Source: Basidiobolus meristosporus CBS 931.73 (lineage: Eukaryota; Fungi; Basidiobolomycota). From it: a DNA stretch of 64,000 nucleotides. The stretch spans positions 62,001 to 126,000 of the forward strand of contig MCFE01000148.1 in assembly GCA_002104905.1 (NCBI GenBank). Reading direction: 5' to 3'. The translations under genes were made by a program, and so were the position numbers. The notes beneath the pieces were generated by a model that saw only the letters and a program-made list of their open reading frames with translations, had not been told where the DNA came from and made no database searches. How positions within the stretch are numbered: position 1 is the stretch's first letter; every line of letters begins with the position of its first letter. Shown here piece after piece: positions 60,815 to 64,000 of the stretch.

Positions 60815-62299
60815 TCAACAATAAATATCCACAATTTTTATTTGCTGGGGACCCGCTCTGATGGGTGCAAGGCACAGTGTAGAAGCCGAAATCACCTCGA
60901 GTCTGGCACCCACATTCACATGCTGAGTGCACCTGGCGACCATTACATTGATATTTGGGGAATGCTGGCGTGAGACCGATCCATATTTGGTATCGCACGC
61001 GTCACCCATTCCCGAATCCCCATTTGCCCAGACACCTGATGTATGGCTATCTGCAGATGTAGTTGCCTAGTGGATGCTGGTCAATACACACCATCCAAAT
61101 GCTATCCAGAAACGATAGCGGGCATGTTAGGATTGTTCGATTAGGCCAGGGGCACTACTCCATTTCCGAAGGGTCCAGCAATGGATATGCCATTTGCTAC
61201 CGGGAGAGCTGTTATCTTGCAGGGCCGATAGTCTAGTAGTAGCAGTGGACTCCATCAGAGGGGGGCTTACCATGGCCATCTACCACTGGCGTTTTGTTCT
61301 CGGGAATTCCTGATCGACGGTGTGAGGATATAGGCCAGTGCACCATCCCATCCACACTCCCTTGTTGAGTGCTTTGGACGAGCCAATATGGATCCTCTCA
61401 CGGAGAGGTGCGCGTGCTTTGAAGTTTGGAGAATCCCGCCTGGAAGGGTTGCACACAAGGTTTTGTGCAACAGCTCCGGCATTCGGAAAAACGGACCCTT
61501 GGCGAATCGCTGGATCAAATTACCGTGGGTCTGGACATTCTGGTACGCATACTAGTGCAGGAGCGCAACGAGCTGAGGGGTGACAGTTGGCAAACATATA
61601 TACCGCCTAACTGGTGTGAGCCGATCAGTGTGGTTTGGATTGATTAATTTTAATTAGATTTGGAGTTCCAGTTGGGATGATTATTGTTCGGACATCATTA
61701 GAAATGTGGTGGTAGGTGAGGGCTTAGGTTCGCTAAGGTCGACGATGATATGGTAACGTGGATGCAAAATTGGCAAGGTCTTGGGAGCAGGTCGGGCCAT
61801 GAAGCAAATCATCAACGCTCTGGAGAGTTGCACAAATGAGCCCAGCGGTGATGCGGAATAGAGGAAATCACCTTGCCGGACGTTGAAACAGTGGAGATCA
61901 TACAGAGTCTATCTACATACAATGCAACAGCAGGGCTCAGCGAACTAACTTTGGTGTCAGTGTGAATTTTAGCGTATCGAATCTAGGAGAGTTTGTGTCT
62001 CCAGGGAATCCCAGGGCGATGGCATCGTCAAACACCACCTCTTTCAACTTCATCCGTGCACCATTCAAATCGTCCGAGTATACGAAGTCCCCTGCTACTG
62101 TGTAGGGCTTCTTCGGAGCCTGGAATCCGGTCGAGACATCGCTGTTGAGTGACGCGTTGTCTGTTAGTTTTTGTTGTCGTAGTAGAGGCGTGGTCGACCC
62201 TTTGCTGGGGTTTTTTGACAATCGCTTTAGCAGGTCAGGATGACAACCGGCATTAAGAAAGGAGAACATCGGAAGTTTACAGGCGATGATGACGATCAC
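60815..62299 (-). CDS. Possible spliced host gene, product not recognised
   Basis: Protein-like frames at 61937-62299 and 60815-61009 in CpG-rich DNA; no diagnostic motif. Confidence 0.3.
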
Positions 62300-63417
62300 T
62301 GGAGGTTATTGGTTTGTTTTCTTTGTTCAGACTGGCTTGTTTATATATGGCAGATCGAAACGTCACTTGGTTGACGATTTTGGTCAAGATTAGCGATACC
62401 CAAGCCATCACTTTAGGCGGCAGTCTCAGGAAGCTCTACTGATCATGCAGTACTGATTTCCATGAATTGGCCTTGCAGTTTAGAGTGTTAGGATCGACGT
62501 ATTCATCCTCTCCTTCCACTAGTAATTAGTCTAGATTTAGTACGATCTGTACCTTAATGAGGCTGCAATATCACCCAGTCATCGCTATTCGTGCACATCA
62601 TCACAAAATCCTCGCGGTTGATATGCACAACTGCCACAATGCCATTGTTGTCGAGGGGGGGGGGGTTGGATCTGGAATATCGGAAAGTGCCATCATGCTT
62701 TAGGGAAGAGGGAGGAGATCTCCACATTGCTGTATGCGCATAAGATGCGGATTCTCCAGGTATGCTGCATTGGCATTGAGCTCCTACCTCGGTACCACTT
62801 GTTGGTCCATCCGAGATCCGAGAAGCCTAAAGCTAGGCCTAGCCCATCGTCGTAGTCGAATTGATTTCTATGGAGTGGGGGGGGCCTCGTCTTGCTGAGT
62901 GCAGTAAGTAGGAACGCGATAAATGTTTAGTCCCCGTTGACGAGCGTCTGAACACACAAAATCAGTGGGCAGTGCCAATACCAAGTACTACCTCTAATAT
63001 TACAATTAGGCACTTTCAGGTAAGTGACCATTGGCTACCATGAACAGGCGATACCTATTGGCTCTTCAAAATAGGAATCCTGGAGGTTTGCATTGGACGA
63101 AAAGGGGGCAAGGGTTGCAGGGGATCTGGCATTTTCCCCAGAAACCCCAGCAGTTTCCTGTTGCACCCCCCGGCTTTTGGCATGGAGAGTCTGGGTCATG
63201 TGACAAGCGCTATTCGGCAAACCGATGATTGAGGGCTTCATGAGGGGTTTCGACAGATGTTTACGCACTATCTACCGGTAGCATGCTACTTGCTAGATTG
63301 TTCAATAACCTATTATATCGGTCCGATAGCTATACCGGAATTTCATCACGGGTCTATAGGATCCACGGGCCGCATTGATATTTGCCTTGACAAAAAACGA
63401 TGGGTTTATTAACTTGG

Positions 63418-63810
63418 TCAAATAGTAGTCGAATAATTATCGATATTCCTAAAGGTAGGCGGTGCATCGGGGTAGTGGATTATGGGAGGATACCCAGGAT
63501 GAGTTTCATCATTATTTGATGACTCTGGCAGCTGTGATGGTCTAGGGTGCAATACCAGAGGTGATTTCGAACCACCAGCTTTACTTCGACCGTTATAGGC
63601 CGGTGATTCGGGGTCTAGCTCGACTCCACTAAACTCCCCGGTCCCCGGGGGAATTCCAACAGAAAACAGCACCGTCCCCTGGTGGGCACTGCCCATCAGT
63701 GAATCGTTATCGAAACACTCTCTGGTCGTGGAGATTTGGCATTTGTCAAACATGGTAGAGCATATTTGACCGGGGTCATTCAAAGACCTGCGATATAAGA
63801 GATGGCTCAG
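63418..63810 (-). CDS. Possible terminal exon of a host gene extending past the window
   Basis: Open frame after a candidate acceptor CGCAG at ~63790; no diagnostic motif. Confidence 0.25.
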   Translation of the reverse strand: MSHLLYRRSLNDPGQICSTMFDKCQISTTRECFDNDSLMGSAHQGTVLFSVGIPPGTGEFSGVELDPESPAYNGRSKAGGSKSPLVLHPRPSQLPESSNNDETHPGYPPIIHYPDAPPTFRNIDNYSTTI

Positions 63811-64000
63811 TGAGAACATCCGGATTAATTGACCAACACCCACCCTTGACTATGAAGACTTGGACTGGCTTTCTTCTAGAGGAGACTAAATGAGCTCTGG
63901 GGAAACAGAAACAACCTTAAGAACCAGCTTACTCTGACATCAACGACTCGGACTTCCCTGTTGTAGTACCTTTTTATCAAGTCTTCATGGTCCACAGCAG

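Noticed and set aside
60815-61009. Possible TRAPP-subunit-like C-terminus (LCLAPIRAGPQQIKIVD)
   Set aside because: The resemblance is too weak to support without a profile search.

Overview
Eukaryotic genomic DNA, probably fungal (inferred from spliceosomal introns and an Sds23-like gene). Bases 1 to ~56,700 are a strongly CpG-depleted nest of transposons: two Ty3/Gypsy families (G1, G2), two Ty1/Copia families (C1, C2), three copies of a two-gene PHIS (PIF/Harbinger-type) DNA transposon, solo LTRs and relics. Many junctions resolve to the base from target-site duplications (TSDs). Beyond ~56,700 the DNA is CpG-rich, with intron-containing host genes (ALKBH6-like, Sds23/24-like). The main finding is a ~5.56 kb AT-rich, intronless block at ~9529-15086 that looks like large dsDNA virus (Nucleocytoviricota-like) DNA. 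It encodes a compact PrimPol-type primase, a miniaturised N-terminal half of RNA polymerase Rpb1, an Rpb5 subunit and a Zn-motif repeat protein, separated by 49-50 bp tandem arrays. The block sits inside one Copia element (9199-18792, matching 5-bp TSD ATGCC) and replaces its RNase H, PPT and the first ~39 bp of its 3' LTR. Several lesions in the viral genes, including loss of a catalytic Asp of Rpb1, match CpG deamination. No database searches were run; family calls come from motif recognition.
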